From contig CBFIJH010000002.1 of assembly GCA_965662895.1 (NCBI GenBank), positions 148,125-212,124 on the forward strand: a stretch of DNA of 64,000 bases, in the 5' to 3' direction. This document shows positions 1 to 9,585 of the stretch, in pieces. Under the pieces are notes generated by a model, which was not told the DNA's origin, made no database searches, and saw nothing but the letters and a program-made list of their open reading frames with translations. The translations under genes and the position numbers were made by a program. This DNA is from Candidatus Poseidoniaceae archaeon. Its GTDB lineage: Archaea; Thermoplasmatota; Poseidoniia; Poseidoniales; Poseidoniaceae. Numbering within the stretch: position 1 is the stretch's first letter; every line of letters starts with the position of its first letter.

Positions 1-1371
1 CAACCCCTGCACCATGACGATAGCGTTTGATTTCACTTGTTCACAAACACGCACTGCAAATTTCATCGAATCCATTTCGTCCCGTGTCACTTCTTTTTCA
101 GTAACGGTTCGTGCGGAATCCCAATCGATGATTGGAGGCTCTTCTGTCTGAACAATCCAACCGCCTTCAATTTGCTTCAGAATTCGCTTTCTTTCAAGCG
201 GAGCAAGGCGATTGTTTGGAGATTCAATTGTCAGAAGCCTTCGATTGCCTTTCTTCATAATGAATTCCTTTGCTTCTTCAGTGTACCCGGGTGCAATGAG
301 AACTTCAATGAACAAATCAGCCATTGCTTGAGCAGTTTCAATGGTGACGATTTCATTGAAACAAATGATCGAACCAAAAGCGGATTCAGGGTCACTTGCG
401 AGCGCATTCTTGTACGCTTCGGTTTGATTTGCGGCCAAAGCAACGCCACACGGGTTGTTATGTTTCACGATGACACAGGCATGCGGGGTTTCTGGCCATT
501 CATTGGTCGAGAGTGAACGGCACAGGCGAAGCGTCGCATCGGCATCCGAGTAATTGTTGTACGACATTGCCTTACCGCCTTCGACATGGGCCGTGACGAG
601 CGTTGAATGGCTTCCAAGTTCAGCATCATCAACAAAGAGAGCTGCGCTTTGATGTGCATTTTCTCCGTATCTCAGTGTCTGTGATTTTATCGAAGATGCG
701 AGCAGAGTTTCGTGGAATCTTCCTGACTGATCATCAATAGCATCAAACGATTCTGGAACTCCATTCCAACGTTCGTGAAGAACGTTAGCGATAGCAACAT
801 CATAGGAAGCTGTGTGCTGGTATGCGGTCAGTGCAAGTTCCTGCCGTCGAGACACAGGCACACCGGACGGGTCGCCTTTGGCACGTTCCAAATCATCGAT
901 AATCGAGTCGTAATCGTCAGGATTGCAGCAGATGATGACGTTTGCGTGATTTTTTGCAGATGCACGAACCATGGTTGGCCCGCCAATATCAATCATTTCC
1001 AGCAAAGCGTCCTTTTCAAGAGGAGGTTCGGCTGAAGCCGCCGATACAAATGGGTATAGATTGCAAGCGACCAACGCAATTGGAGTGTATTGAAGTTCTT
1101 CCATTCCAATCCGATCTTCCTCTTTTTGTAGACGTGCGAGCAATGGCCCGTGAATTGCGGGGTGCAGCGTTTTTACCCGACCATCAAAGATTTCAGGATG
1201 TTGTGTCACTTCTGATACACTTTTGACCTCCAAACCCGACTCCATGAGTTTTCGAGCAGTCCCTCCGGTTGAGACCAGTTCAAAACCGAGATTTGAGAGC
1301 GAAGTCGCAAATTCAACGATACCTGTTTTATCCCATACGCTAAGTAGCGCTCGAGGTTTTACCGAGTCCAT
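1..1371 (-). CDS. purH: Bifunctional AICAR transformylase/IMP cyclohydrolase, 3' end truncated by the window edge (absent from the ORF track)
   Basis: Manual minus-strand translation from ATG at 1371: MDSVKPRALLSVWDKTG, then in-frame GRVKTLHP (~1182) and ACVIVKHNNPCGVA (~465), all PurH motifs. Confidence 0.93.
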   Translation of the reverse strand, partial: MDSVKPRALLSVWDKTGIVEFATSLSNLGFELVSTGGTARKLMESGLEVKSVSEVTQHPEIFDGRVKTLHPAIHGPLLARLQKEEDRIGMEELQYTPIALVACNLYPFVSAASAEPPLEKDALLEMIDIGGPTMVRASAKNHANVIICCNPDDYDSIIDDLERAKGDPSGVPVSRRQELALTAYQHTASYDVAIANVLHERWNGVPESFDAIDDQSGRFHETLLASSIKSQTLRYGENAHQSAALFVDDAELGSHSTLVTAHVEGGKAMSYNNYSDADATLRLCRSLSTNEWPETPHACVIVKHNNPCGVALAANQTEAYKNALASDPESAFGSIICFNEIVTIETAQAMADLFIEVLIAPGYTEEAKEFIMKKGNRRLLTIESPNNRLAPLERKRILKQIEGGWIVQTEEPPIIDWDSARTVTEKEVTRDEMDSMKFAVRVCEQVKSNAIVMVQGL

Positions 1372-1434
1372 GATTGCACCCGTTATCGCACTCTAGTGTG
1401 TCTTCGTTATCAAGCATGTGATGAATCCACATCC

Positions 1435-3018
1435 TCAATCTCCACGGGAAGAGATCACTTGATCGACTCGAAGCAAACCGCATGTTGTCTCAACCGCCGA
1501 TTGCAACGCATGCGATACAGTGAATGATGAGAGAAGGACACCTTCGATTTGACCCACACTTCCATCGATGCAAACACCAAATTGGCTCGATTGATTCCGG
1601 TGTGCTGCACGCAATTGCAGCAAGGTATCAATTTGATCTTCTCCGGCGTTGAGTGCGAGTGTGCTCGGGATGGTTTCCAGCGCGCGTGCAAAACCTTCGA
1701 TGGCTAACCGTTGGCGACCAGAAACAGACTCTGCATGTTCTCGCAGTTGGAGTGCTGCGGCAATATGGAAGGCTCCTCCTCCAAGCAAAGTTGTTTGATG
1801 TTCGATGACCGATTCGAGCGATCGAAGAGCATCGTACATAGCTCGAATGTATTCTTCAACAGCAGCACCATGGCCGCCCCCAACATCGATGGTTACAAGA
1901 CCTGATTTTTCTCCAGCATCGACAATTAATCGAGTCTTTCGTCCATCTTCTTGTTCCGAAACATCGACGACGGCTGATTCAGCAGAACCTAGCACTTCAG
2001 GCGACACATCGTCAAGATGATTGACCAAAGATGCCCCAGTTGCAGCAGAAATATCCTCAATACCATCGTCTTCCATCATTCCGACAATTAGAATTCCAAG
2101 GTCATTGCATGCGTGTTGAATTCGGTCATCAACTTCTTTTGAAGTAAACACAACCTTCGCTGTTGATGCTGCCAGAACATCGATTTTTGATTGAAGAATC
2201 TTCTCTTCAGCATCTAGGAAAGCCATCATTTGTTCGGGATGTTCAATTTCGACTTCCGCATCCCGCTTGGTTTTTTGAATGGTCAATGGACAGGTAAGGG
2301 CGAGAACATTCGCAGGGCCAGCAATCTTTGGTGTGCGCTCAGAATCAAACTTCTTTTCGACGACAACACCCCTGATCAATTTGGTCTCTTCTAGGGAATC
2401 GTGTCCTCGCTTTACCATTCGAACATTTTCTGCACGAACTGGACGCCCACTCGATTGAATGGTTGTCATACAATCGACCAATAGTTCGGCAAGAGATTCT
2501 CTGCCAGATTCCGCAGATTTTCCAACCATTGCTGTCTTGGCAACCGCCAACAAAGACGCTCGTCCGATATCTATCATAGAATGTTCCTCAAGGATTTTTT
2601 GAGTCCGTTCCATTGCATCTTGGTACGCTTCAACAAGCAAAAGAGGGTGGACGCTGCGTTCCAACAATCGACCAGCCTCCTTCATCAACTCGCTTGCAAA
2701 CAACAAGCAACCTGTCACGCCATCGCCACAAGCATTTTCTTGGGACTCTGCAAGTTGAACGAATGCCTTCGCAGCCGGATGTTTTACCAACAAATCGGCA
2801 ACAATCTTTGCGCCATCGTTGGTGATTGCTGTTTCCCCATTTGACTTGTACATCATTTTATCCAGACCATTCGGGCCAAATGTGCGGCGGAGTATATCAC
2901 CAAATGCTGCTGAAGCACCAATCAATTTCTGTGTGACGGCAACGCCACTCGTTACCGAGGTTGTTGGTCGAACAATGACGACTGGAGCGCGACCTGAACC
3001 ATCGTCTTGTTGCGCCAT
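1435..3018 (-). CDS. Thermosome / group II chaperonin subunit (divergent)
   Basis: TFGPNGLDKM, ITNDGAKI, HPAAK, GDGVT, GGGAFH and C-terminal LLRVDQVI match TCP-1/cpn60 motifs. Confidence 0.9.
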   Translation of the reverse strand: MAQQDDGSGRAPVVIVRPTTSVTSGVAVTQKLIGASAAFGDILRRTFGPNGLDKMMYKSNGETAITNDGAKIVADLLVKHPAAKAFVQLAESQENACGDGVTGCLLFASELMKEAGRLLERSVHPLLLVEAYQDAMERTQKILEEHSMIDIGRASLLAVAKTAMVGKSAESGRESLAELLVDCMTTIQSSGRPVRAENVRMVKRGHDSLEETKLIRGVVVEKKFDSERTPKIAGPANVLALTCPLTIQKTKRDAEVEIEHPEQMMAFLDAEEKILQSKIDVLAASTAKVVFTSKEVDDRIQHACNDLGILIVGMMEDDGIEDISAATGASLVNHLDDVSPEVLGSAESAVVDVSEQEDGRKTRLIVDAGEKSGLVTIDVGGGHGAAVEEYIRAMYDALRSLESVIEHQTTLLGGGAFHIAAALQLREHAESVSGRQRLAIEGFARALETIPSTLALNAGEDQIDTLLQLRAAHRNQSSQFGVCIDGSVGQIEGVLLSSFTVSHALQSAVETTCGLLRVDQVISSRGD

Positions 3019-3056
3019 GATTCACCGTTGCAACCGCTCTTCAAGAAGTCTCCTTT

Positions 3057-4400
3057 TCAACGTCGACGACCCTTTCTCGTCTTTTTTGAGCGCCCTTGTC
3101 GCTCATACGCACGGCTCTGATATGCACGACGGTCTTGATCATCTGTCCAGATTGAATGTTCTGAAACATCATCGGAATCGGGCAAATTGTCGAGCGATTC
3201 TATCGTTAGACGCAATCCTCCTAACTGGTCTTGGAGGGCTCGAACATTGTCGCCACCCCTACCAACCAATGTTGAGATCATATTGCTTGGAGCATAAACC
3301 GTTGCTGAAGCATCACTCGTAAATTGAACACGAACATGCACACCAGCCCATTGCCGTATGGTATGGATGAGTTGTTTTTGAGCGAGTTGTTGAATGGGCT
3401 TTTTTTGCCCCGTCTCTGTAACGGGAACGACAGCAAGTTCTGAGCCAAAAGCGAACATTTCGTGTGTGACATTACCGGATGGGAATTCAACAACTTCGAT
3501 GACGGGTCGTGCCAGTTCTTCTTGCATCCCCGATGGTGGTTTGACAGTCATTCTTAGTTCAAGCACTTGTTGTATCTTTCCGGCTTCAACGTGCAAAACA
3601 GTGTCAAGCACTTGAGAAACCAATCCGAGCTCGACTTTCCCAATCAGCCGCTGAATCGCTTCAAGCGCTGAGTTGGCATGCGTAACACCGAGTAGACCGA
3701 CACCAGCAAGTCGTACATCAGCAAAGATCTCGAAATCCCTTGCTCGGCGTACTTCATCAAAAATAACGAAGTCTGGGCGTACAAGGAAAATGATTTCTGC
3801 GGTCTTCTCTAAATCGCCTTCCAGTGGAGCATACTGTGTAATTCGGTCAGCGAGTTGCAAATCTCTTGGTGCTTCCATGGTTTTGACCATGGCTCCGATA
3901 TCGTCATCGAGATACTCAGCAATGGCTTGCGCCAACGTCGTCTTTCCAGAACCAGGACGACCACAAATGAAGACTCCTCGATGATGATTGGACAATCGTT
4001 CAATGATTTTGGAATCGAGGTTGTAATCACTGAGCGATAGTTTTGCTACAGGTCGAACCACTGTGATTTCTCGAGCATCTGAGAAAGGGGGGCTTGCACA
4101 TGTTATTCTTAGGTCACCAAGTTGCAAGACTTGGCAACCCTTACGATCGATTTCAAGAAAACAATCACTTCGGTGTTGGTTTGCTTCAACGATTGTTTGC
4201 AAAGATTCCTGGAGCGATTCCAACCGTAGGTTATCCCACTCTTCTCCTTCCAATTCGAGCTCAACCAATTCGAGGTTTCCAATCGTTCCTCGCTTGACTC
4301 GAGGAGGACAATCGGCTTTCAGAAAAATTGTGTGGACTTCTGCTTCGAGAAGATCTTCCATTTCAGAGGGGAGGCTTGGGTGTTCACCGTGCTTTGCCAT
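3057..4400 (-). CDS. PINA-like (PilT/VirB11-type) ATPase with C-terminal KH domain, apparently lacking the PIN domain
   Basis: PPFSDAREITVVRPV, Walker A GRPGSGKTT, KTMEAPRDL, RPDFVIFDEVR, GVTHA, KH loop LVGRGGDNV. Start placed at MAKHG (4400), which avoids overlap with the upstream gene. Confidence 0.85.
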   Translation of the reverse strand: MAKHGEHPSLPSEMEDLLEAEVHTIFLKADCPPRVKRGTIGNLELVELELEGEEWDNLRLESLQESLQTIVEANQHRSDCFLEIDRKGCQVLQLGDLRITCASPPFSDAREITVVRPVAKLSLSDYNLDSKIIERLSNHHRGVFICGRPGSGKTTLAQAIAEYLDDDIGAMVKTMEAPRDLQLADRITQYAPLEGDLEKTAEIIFLVRPDFVIFDEVRRARDFEIFADVRLAGVGLLGVTHANSALEAIQRLIGKVELGLVSQVLDTVLHVEAGKIQQVLELRMTVKPPSGMQEELARPVIEVVEFPSGNVTHEMFAFGSELAVVPVTETGQKKPIQQLAQKQLIHTIRQWAGVHVRVQFTSDASATVYAPSNMISTLVGRGGDNVRALQDQLGGLRLTIESLDNLPDSDDVSEHSIWTDDQDRRAYQSRAYERQGRSKKTRKGRRR

Positions 4401-4441
4401 CGAGACGATGTCTGGTAGGAAGCCTTTGACACTTCGCACAG

Positions 4442-4819
4442 TTATGCAGATGGTGTCCCCGGTTCGAGCATGCCGAAGGTCCACCAGATGTAGGCATTGG
4501 TTCCAATGCTGCCGATGATTGATCCAACCAATGGGAATTCATAGAAGTAGATGCACCAGTATGTAAGACCAGCAGTGACGACAACAAATGCGAGAATGTT
4601 GAGTATACCTCCATTTTTCATTCCGCTCAACTGGACGGTCTTTTCATAGTGGTTTGCCCCCCAGATGATGGCGATAAGGCAAGAAAGGATAGAAAACGTC
4701 ACGACTGCATCGAAGACAGAATCCTGCACAAACCAAGTCGCCAAAGAGGCAATTGTGGTGCCGGCGAGTAACCAGAGCATGACACGTTCGGGGGTCATGT
4801 TCCTCCCAGTGGACATCAT
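4442..4819 (-). CDS. Small 4-TM membrane protein, unknown function
   Basis: 125 aa with four hydrophobic segments; 4-nt overlap with the upstream oxidoreductase stop. Confidence 0.7.
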   Translation of the reverse strand: MMSTGRNMTPERVMLWLLAGTTIASLATWFVQDSVFDAVVTFSILSCLIAIIWGANHYEKTVQLSGMKNGGILNILAFVVVTAGLTYWCIYFYEFPLVGSIIGSIGTNAYIWWTFGMLEPGTPSA

Positions 4820-5757
4820 CTCTTCAATTCTCGTGTGTTCAGACTTCCTGAGCCAGCCAATTGTTGCCGAGCGATGTCGATGCAGTTGATGGTGCGTAAG
4901 ATTGACCCAGTTGAAGCTGCAGAAGAAAGAGATTCATTATGAAGAAAATCGCGAAGAACTCCTTCCAACGGTGTTTGGAAGGAATCAACGACAATGGATT
5001 GCTTTTGTTCACGGAGAACAACGAATTTTTGATGATTATCCAAAGTAACCAAAATGCTACCATCCGTGCCAACAATGCTGACCTTTCCGATATCGGTGTC
5101 GGAATTCCAACCTACATCGATGCGGACCTCGACCTGATTTGGATATTCGAGTGTCAAATTTGTGGAAATCCGAGAACCGTTGATTTCAGAGATGCGCGTC
5201 GGCCCTTGACCATCGAGCAAAAATTCTGCCAAATCAACCCCGTGTATAGCCAATGAATCAAGAGCGTGGGAGACCCCATCCCCTGCACGTATGGTTTTTT
5301 TCAGATACTCCATCGACTGAATAGCTCCAATCTCTCCTTTTCGAATACGCTCTCGGACATTGACAAGACAGGGGTGGAATCGTAAGAGGAAACCAGTCTT
5401 CAAGGTCTTTCCTTCTTGGATTGCAGTAGCAACGAGTGAAGACGCGTGTTCGAAGGTTTCAGCAATTGGCTTCTCTAAGAACACATCAACTCCCTGCTGA
5501 AGAAATTGTTTTCCTAAGTGATAATGTGAACCGTTCGGAGTAGCAATGACGACCGCGTCAAGTTGGAACAGTTTGACGAGTGTTTCTGGATCATCGTGAA
5601 CTTGAAATCCCATTGAACGGGCCTTCTGCAGTGCAACTGTGTCCACATCACAAGCAACAATCGCTTCAATTGATTCTTTTTGAGCAATCTGACGTAATGC
5701 CTGAAGATGCTTTGAGCCCCATCTGCCACAACCAACTACACCTATTCGTCGCGGCAT
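4816..5757 (-). CDS. Gfo/Idh/MocA family NAD(P)-dependent oxidoreductase
   Basis: RIGVVGCGRWG Rossmann motif, DAVVIATPNGSH, VFLEKPIA, GFLLRFHP. Confidence 0.9.
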   Translation of the reverse strand: MPRRIGVVGCGRWGSKHLQALRQIAQKESIEAIVACDVDTVALQKARSMGFQVHDDPETLVKLFQLDAVVIATPNGSHYHLGKQFLQQGVDVFLEKPIAETFEHASSLVATAIQEGKTLKTGFLLRFHPCLVNVRERIRKGEIGAIQSMEYLKKTIRAGDGVSHALDSLAIHGVDLAEFLLDGQGPTRISEINGSRISTNLTLEYPNQVEVRIDVGWNSDTDIGKVSIVGTDGSILVTLDNHQKFVVLREQKQSIVVDSFQTPLEGVLRDFLHNESLSSAASTGSILRTINCIDIARQQLAGSGSLNTRELKR

Positions 5758-5805
5758 GGTTTCAGGGCGGCTTTGGAGCAATTGAGGTTTGGCTTCTCAC
5801 CGTAC

Positions 5806-8043
5806 CTAGTACGCGTCGTAATAGGCATAATCCGGGTATTCAATGTCAAAGGTTACAACATCGGTCAATTCCATACTTGTTAGGTTGTGAACGGTGACGC
5901 CTGCTCCAGAGAAAGCATAGATGAAGTCACCCATGAAGATGGTCCGTCGAATGTTTTCGTTCCCGCCCCACCAATGGTTGACATCTTCATGATTGAGGAG
6001 AGAAGAATGATTCACTTCACCATGAACGGACATGCTTCCAGTTGCTTCATCGACATTGACAATGATAGCCTTTGAAACGTATTCATAGTTCCACAGATAA
6101 CCCCAATCTTCGTTGTAGGTCTCAACATATCGATAGGTTGAGAGTGGAACAGCGAGCATTTCCTTTGGCCCCCAATACTGGAACGCCTTGTGCTCGTACA
6201 TTGCCTCTGAATAGGACCATGTCCACTGACCATTATCCGGATCGTTCACAGGCGAGAGCATCAGTGTATCAGCCACAGCTGGTTGTGTTAAATCGCTAAT
6301 ATTGAACGTTGAAAGCCGCGTACTCGACCAATCCAAACCCAATCCATCTTCTCCAGCAGGCCCCATACCAATGGTGAGGAGCATATCATCGTGAAGTGGA
6401 TGAATGTAGGTTGAAACGCCTGGGACTTCCAATTCACCAAGGATTGTCGGTGTTGCTGGATCCGATAAATCGATGGTCCAAAGTGGGTCAATTTGCTCGA
6501 ATGTAACAAGGTAAGCCCGATCTTCGACAAATCGTGCTGACCAGATACGTTCACCTTCTGCAATACCATCAATACGACCGTATTCAAGCAGAATTTGTTG
6601 ATCGGTTTGTGGATCGACACCGCGGACGAGTGTAATGATTGAAGATGACATCGGTTCTGGATTTTCCATCCACCACCGATTCCATTGACCAACGGTCGTC
6701 GCAACACGAAGAACTCCTTCGTATTCTGAAATACTGAATTGATTCAAAATCTGACCATCAATCCGTCCCGATCCCGTATACATCGTAACCCCAGGTACGG
6801 AGATGTCGAAGGTGTGAATGTTGGTCATCTCGTCAACATCATCTTGACCCCAGAACCACCACCAATCCCATGCGTTTTCAGCGAGAACCAGTACATCCGT
6901 TGAAGCGTAAACAAGTGGATGGTTGCTGAGGAGGTGGTCGGACTCGTAATCGAAGTCAGAAGAAAACAAATCGAGGGAGAGAATGTTGGTAAATCCACGA
7001 CTAAAGCCATCCATAGGTTTTGCAAAGTTCTCACATTCCTCAGAACGCATATCGTGCTCAATGATTTGACCATCAATCCGTTGGTAGATTTTTGGCACAA
7101 GCTCCTCTAAGGTTATGGCTTCAAGAACTTCATCGTTTGCTTGAATTGTCTCGTAGGCAATCATTTCACGGTAGGTCCGCCGTTGGGGATCGTCCCACTT
7201 CAGATCATAGTAGGGGCTCGGCATGTTGAGCCAACTCACCAAGCCTGGAATGTTCAACCATGAGTGGGTGACGGCCCGAATGGAACCATCAATCTCTCTT
7301 GCATCCACGTTGTACCCTTCCAGGTAGAGTTCTTGGACAACCTCTGGATTTGATCTGTCTGATATGTTGTATGTGGTGTATTTGGTCAATGAATTAACGC
7401 GCCACTCGCTGTAATCTCCTCCCCAACGCAGATATTCGTAAAGAGCATCATCAGCGTCGATGCTCCATGGGTTATAACTTGAGAGAACAATCAATCGATC
7501 TCCTCGCAACATCATGGAAATTGGCGAACCTTCAATGGAAGAGTTGCTAGCGAATTCAATTTCACCGTATTCTGGAACGCCCATAATCGAGAGTGATGAC
7601 CCCTGCAAGGCGTAAATAAAGTACCCATCCGTCTTGATGAAATCCGCTTCATCAACACCTTGCTCTTGGTTGTTGGTACCACTGAAATCTTCGCCTTGAG
7701 TTCGCGTTTGCGGTTGAGTGGAACTTGTTGCAGCATCACCATCCATTGCAGCTTCTGCAACCATCCCATCATCGAACATTATCCCTCCGTAGTAGTACTG
7801 TTCTTCGACAGCCTGCAACAACTCCGTTCGATACTCTTCGGCAATACTTGCCTTGAGATCGTATTCCATGTCCAAACACGAATCGAACTGAACCAGGTGT
7901 GGTTGTGAAATGGTCCGACTTGTTTCGGTTCTCCAATCATCCGGCAATTCGGTGGTGATAATTTCATCACGTACACTACCAATACAACCAGCTGTGAGCA
8001 TCAAAAGTACAAGCCCGATGGAAGTAACCATCCTTTTGTTCAT
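5806..8043 (-). CDS. Secreted beta-propeller domain lipoprotein (Beta_propel family)
   Basis: Lipobox LTAGC; FSGTNNQEQGVDEADFIKTDG, GQILNQFSISEYEGVLRVATT, RAYLVTFEQIDPL, GELEVPGVSTYIHP. Confidence 0.85.
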   Translation of the reverse strand: MNKRMVTSIGLVLLMLTAGCIGSVRDEIITTELPDDWRTETSRTISQPHLVQFDSCLDMEYDLKASIAEEYRTELLQAVEEQYYYGGIMFDDGMVAEAAMDGDAATSSTQPQTRTQGEDFSGTNNQEQGVDEADFIKTDGYFIYALQGSSLSIMGVPEYGEIEFASNSSIEGSPISMMLRGDRLIVLSSYNPWSIDADDALYEYLRWGGDYSEWRVNSLTKYTTYNISDRSNPEVVQELYLEGYNVDAREIDGSIRAVTHSWLNIPGLVSWLNMPSPYYDLKWDDPQRRTYREMIAYETIQANDEVLEAITLEELVPKIYQRIDGQIIEHDMRSEECENFAKPMDGFSRGFTNILSLDLFSSDFDYESDHLLSNHPLVYASTDVLVLAENAWDWWWFWGQDDVDEMTNIHTFDISVPGVTMYTGSGRIDGQILNQFSISEYEGVLRVATTVGQWNRWWMENPEPMSSSIITLVRGVDPQTDQQILLEYGRIDGIAEGERIWSARFVEDRAYLVTFEQIDPLWTIDLSDPATPTILGELEVPGVSTYIHPLHDDMLLTIGMGPAGEDGLGLDWSSTRLSTFNISDLTQPAVADTLMLSPVNDPDNGQWTWSYSEAMYEHKAFQYWGPKEMLAVPLSTYRYVETYNEDWGYLWNYEYVSKAIIVNVDEATGSMSVHGEVNHSSLLNHEDVNHWWGGNENIRRTIFMGDFIYAFSGAGVTVHNLTSMELTDVVTFDIEYPDYAYYDAY

Positions 8044-8096
8044 GTGCGTATGAGGGGAGAGTGCATTATGAAGAAGTTGGTAAATTGATTTGACTT

Positions 8097-8909
8097 TCAA
8101 GCAATAACTTGCAATGCTTGAATGCCATCGCGTGATATTTTCCATGGTGCTTTTTTTGAAGAACCTATCCTTTCTATGAGCCCTTTGTTGCTGAGTACTC
8201 GGAGGTGATGAGATAACAACTGCCGCGAGATCTTTAATTTTGTTCGGATTACTTTCCCGTCGAGTCCAAGATTACCGGATTGAGCCAAAACCTGTAAAAT
8301 CGCTAATCGTGTTCCGGCTAATGGGCTTTTAATTGAATCAATATCATTTGGATGAATTGTCGAAACCGCAAATCGACGTAATTTTCCATCCCGCCATGAA
8401 ATTATCGAACCTTCCTTTTCGAGTATTTGTAAATGATAAGATGTTACACCATTTGCGAGACCCAACCCGTCTCGGAGTGCTGTAAAGTGGATTCCTGCGT
8501 TTGCTTCGATAAAGCCAAGAACTCGTCCCCGGTTTCGTTCGTTATCGTGCTTTTTCCGAACAATCAACGGCGTCAAAAAAGCGACTATACACAGAACACG
8601 GACGAATTCAAAGAAGAGTGAGCCTACCAGAAGAAAAGAAAGTACGCCGCCACCAATCAATATCATGATCGGGCCGTAATTTTCATGCCTCTCCACTGGA
8701 GTTTCCTCCCTATCAGGAGAGAAATCTGCTCTTGCGGGAGCACCATCACTTTCAGTAGCACTTTCTTCATTGATTGTACCTGTGGCTGGCTCATCCAAGT
8801 TGTCGTGAGGAGATGTCTCTTCGCCGTTGTAATTGATGATAGAAATTCCAGTAATTATTGAGACAAAGCACAGGAAAACGAGAAGCCGAAGAAAAACCAC
8901 CCCTCGCAT
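8097..8909 (-). CDS. Membrane-anchored tandem winged-helix transcriptional regulator
   Basis: N-terminal and central hydrophobic helices, then RGRVLGFIEANAGIHFTALRDGLGLANGVTSYHLQILE and a second wHTH (ISRQLLSHHLRVL). Confidence 0.78.
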   Translation of the reverse strand: MRGVVFLRLLVFLCFVSIITGISIINYNGEETSPHDNLDEPATGTINEESATESDGAPARADFSPDREETPVERHENYGPIMILIGGGVLSFLLVGSLFFEFVRVLCIVAFLTPLIVRKKHDNERNRGRVLGFIEANAGIHFTALRDGLGLANGVTSYHLQILEKEGSIISWRDGKLRRFAVSTIHPNDIDSIKSPLAGTRLAILQVLAQSGNLGLDGKVIRTKLKISRQLLSHHLRVLSNKGLIERIGSSKKAPWKISRDGIQALQVIA

Positions 8910-9006
8910 ACCCTCCTTTTTTCGACGAATGCATATCAAATCCGTGGTAAAATGATTTGACAATTGCTCAAACAGCATTATGTGCTGAGGTTGAGTAGCA
9001 CCAATT

Positions 9007-9585
9007 ATGCCAGAAAACGTTGAAATCGAACGACGTTTTCTTGTCGACGGTCGATTCCATCGCCCTTGGATTGATACTTCGCATCAATGCATCGAGATTC
9101 AACAATGGTATCTGAATAAAACCGGCTTGGAGGTATCAATTGACCAAGGTACAGTAGGATACGAAGGCAACCTTCTCGTATCCAACGTGTCCGAGCAAAT
9201 CTGTCGACAATTATCCGAACAACCGGAATGGACCATTCGCATACGCAAATCACATTCAGCGTACTTGCTCACACTCAAGGGGTCAAGGAAAGGCGCGGCA
9301 GCTGCAGAATTTGAATGGGGAATTGAACAAAAGAAGGCTCAATCGATTATCCAACGTTCGACGTTTCCCTACGTTGAAAAGAAACGATATCTTTGGCGAA
9401 ATACAGATGGATTTGAGTGGGAAATAGATGAGTTTGAGGGCAATCTAGCCGGTTTGATTATTGCAGAGGTTGAACTTGAGGAAGAAGAGGCTGAAGTCCA
9501 AATCCCAACGTGGACAGGGATGGAATTGACCTATTTGCGCGGTTGGTCGAATGCATCCCTAGCACGAATGCTCACTCAGCAATAA
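9007..9585 (+). CDS. CYTH-domain protein (triphosphate tunnel metalloenzyme)
   Basis: EIERRFLV (ExExK/R), IQQWYL, IRIRK, LTLKG, VEKKRY, WEIDEFEG, IIAEVEL. Confidence 0.9.
   Translation: MPENVEIERRFLVDGRFHRPWIDTSHQCIEIQQWYLNKTGLEVSIDQGTVGYEGNLLVSNVSEQICRQLSEQPEWTIRIRKSHSAYLLTLKGSRKGAAAAEFEWGIEQKKAQSIIQRSTFPYVEKKRYLWRNTDGFEWEIDEFEGNLAGLIIAEVELEEEEAEVQIPTWTGMELTYLRGWSNASLARMLTQQ

Noticed and set aside
37-1226. Short + strand ORFs at the window start
   Set aside because: Antisense to the purH frame, which runs off the window edge.
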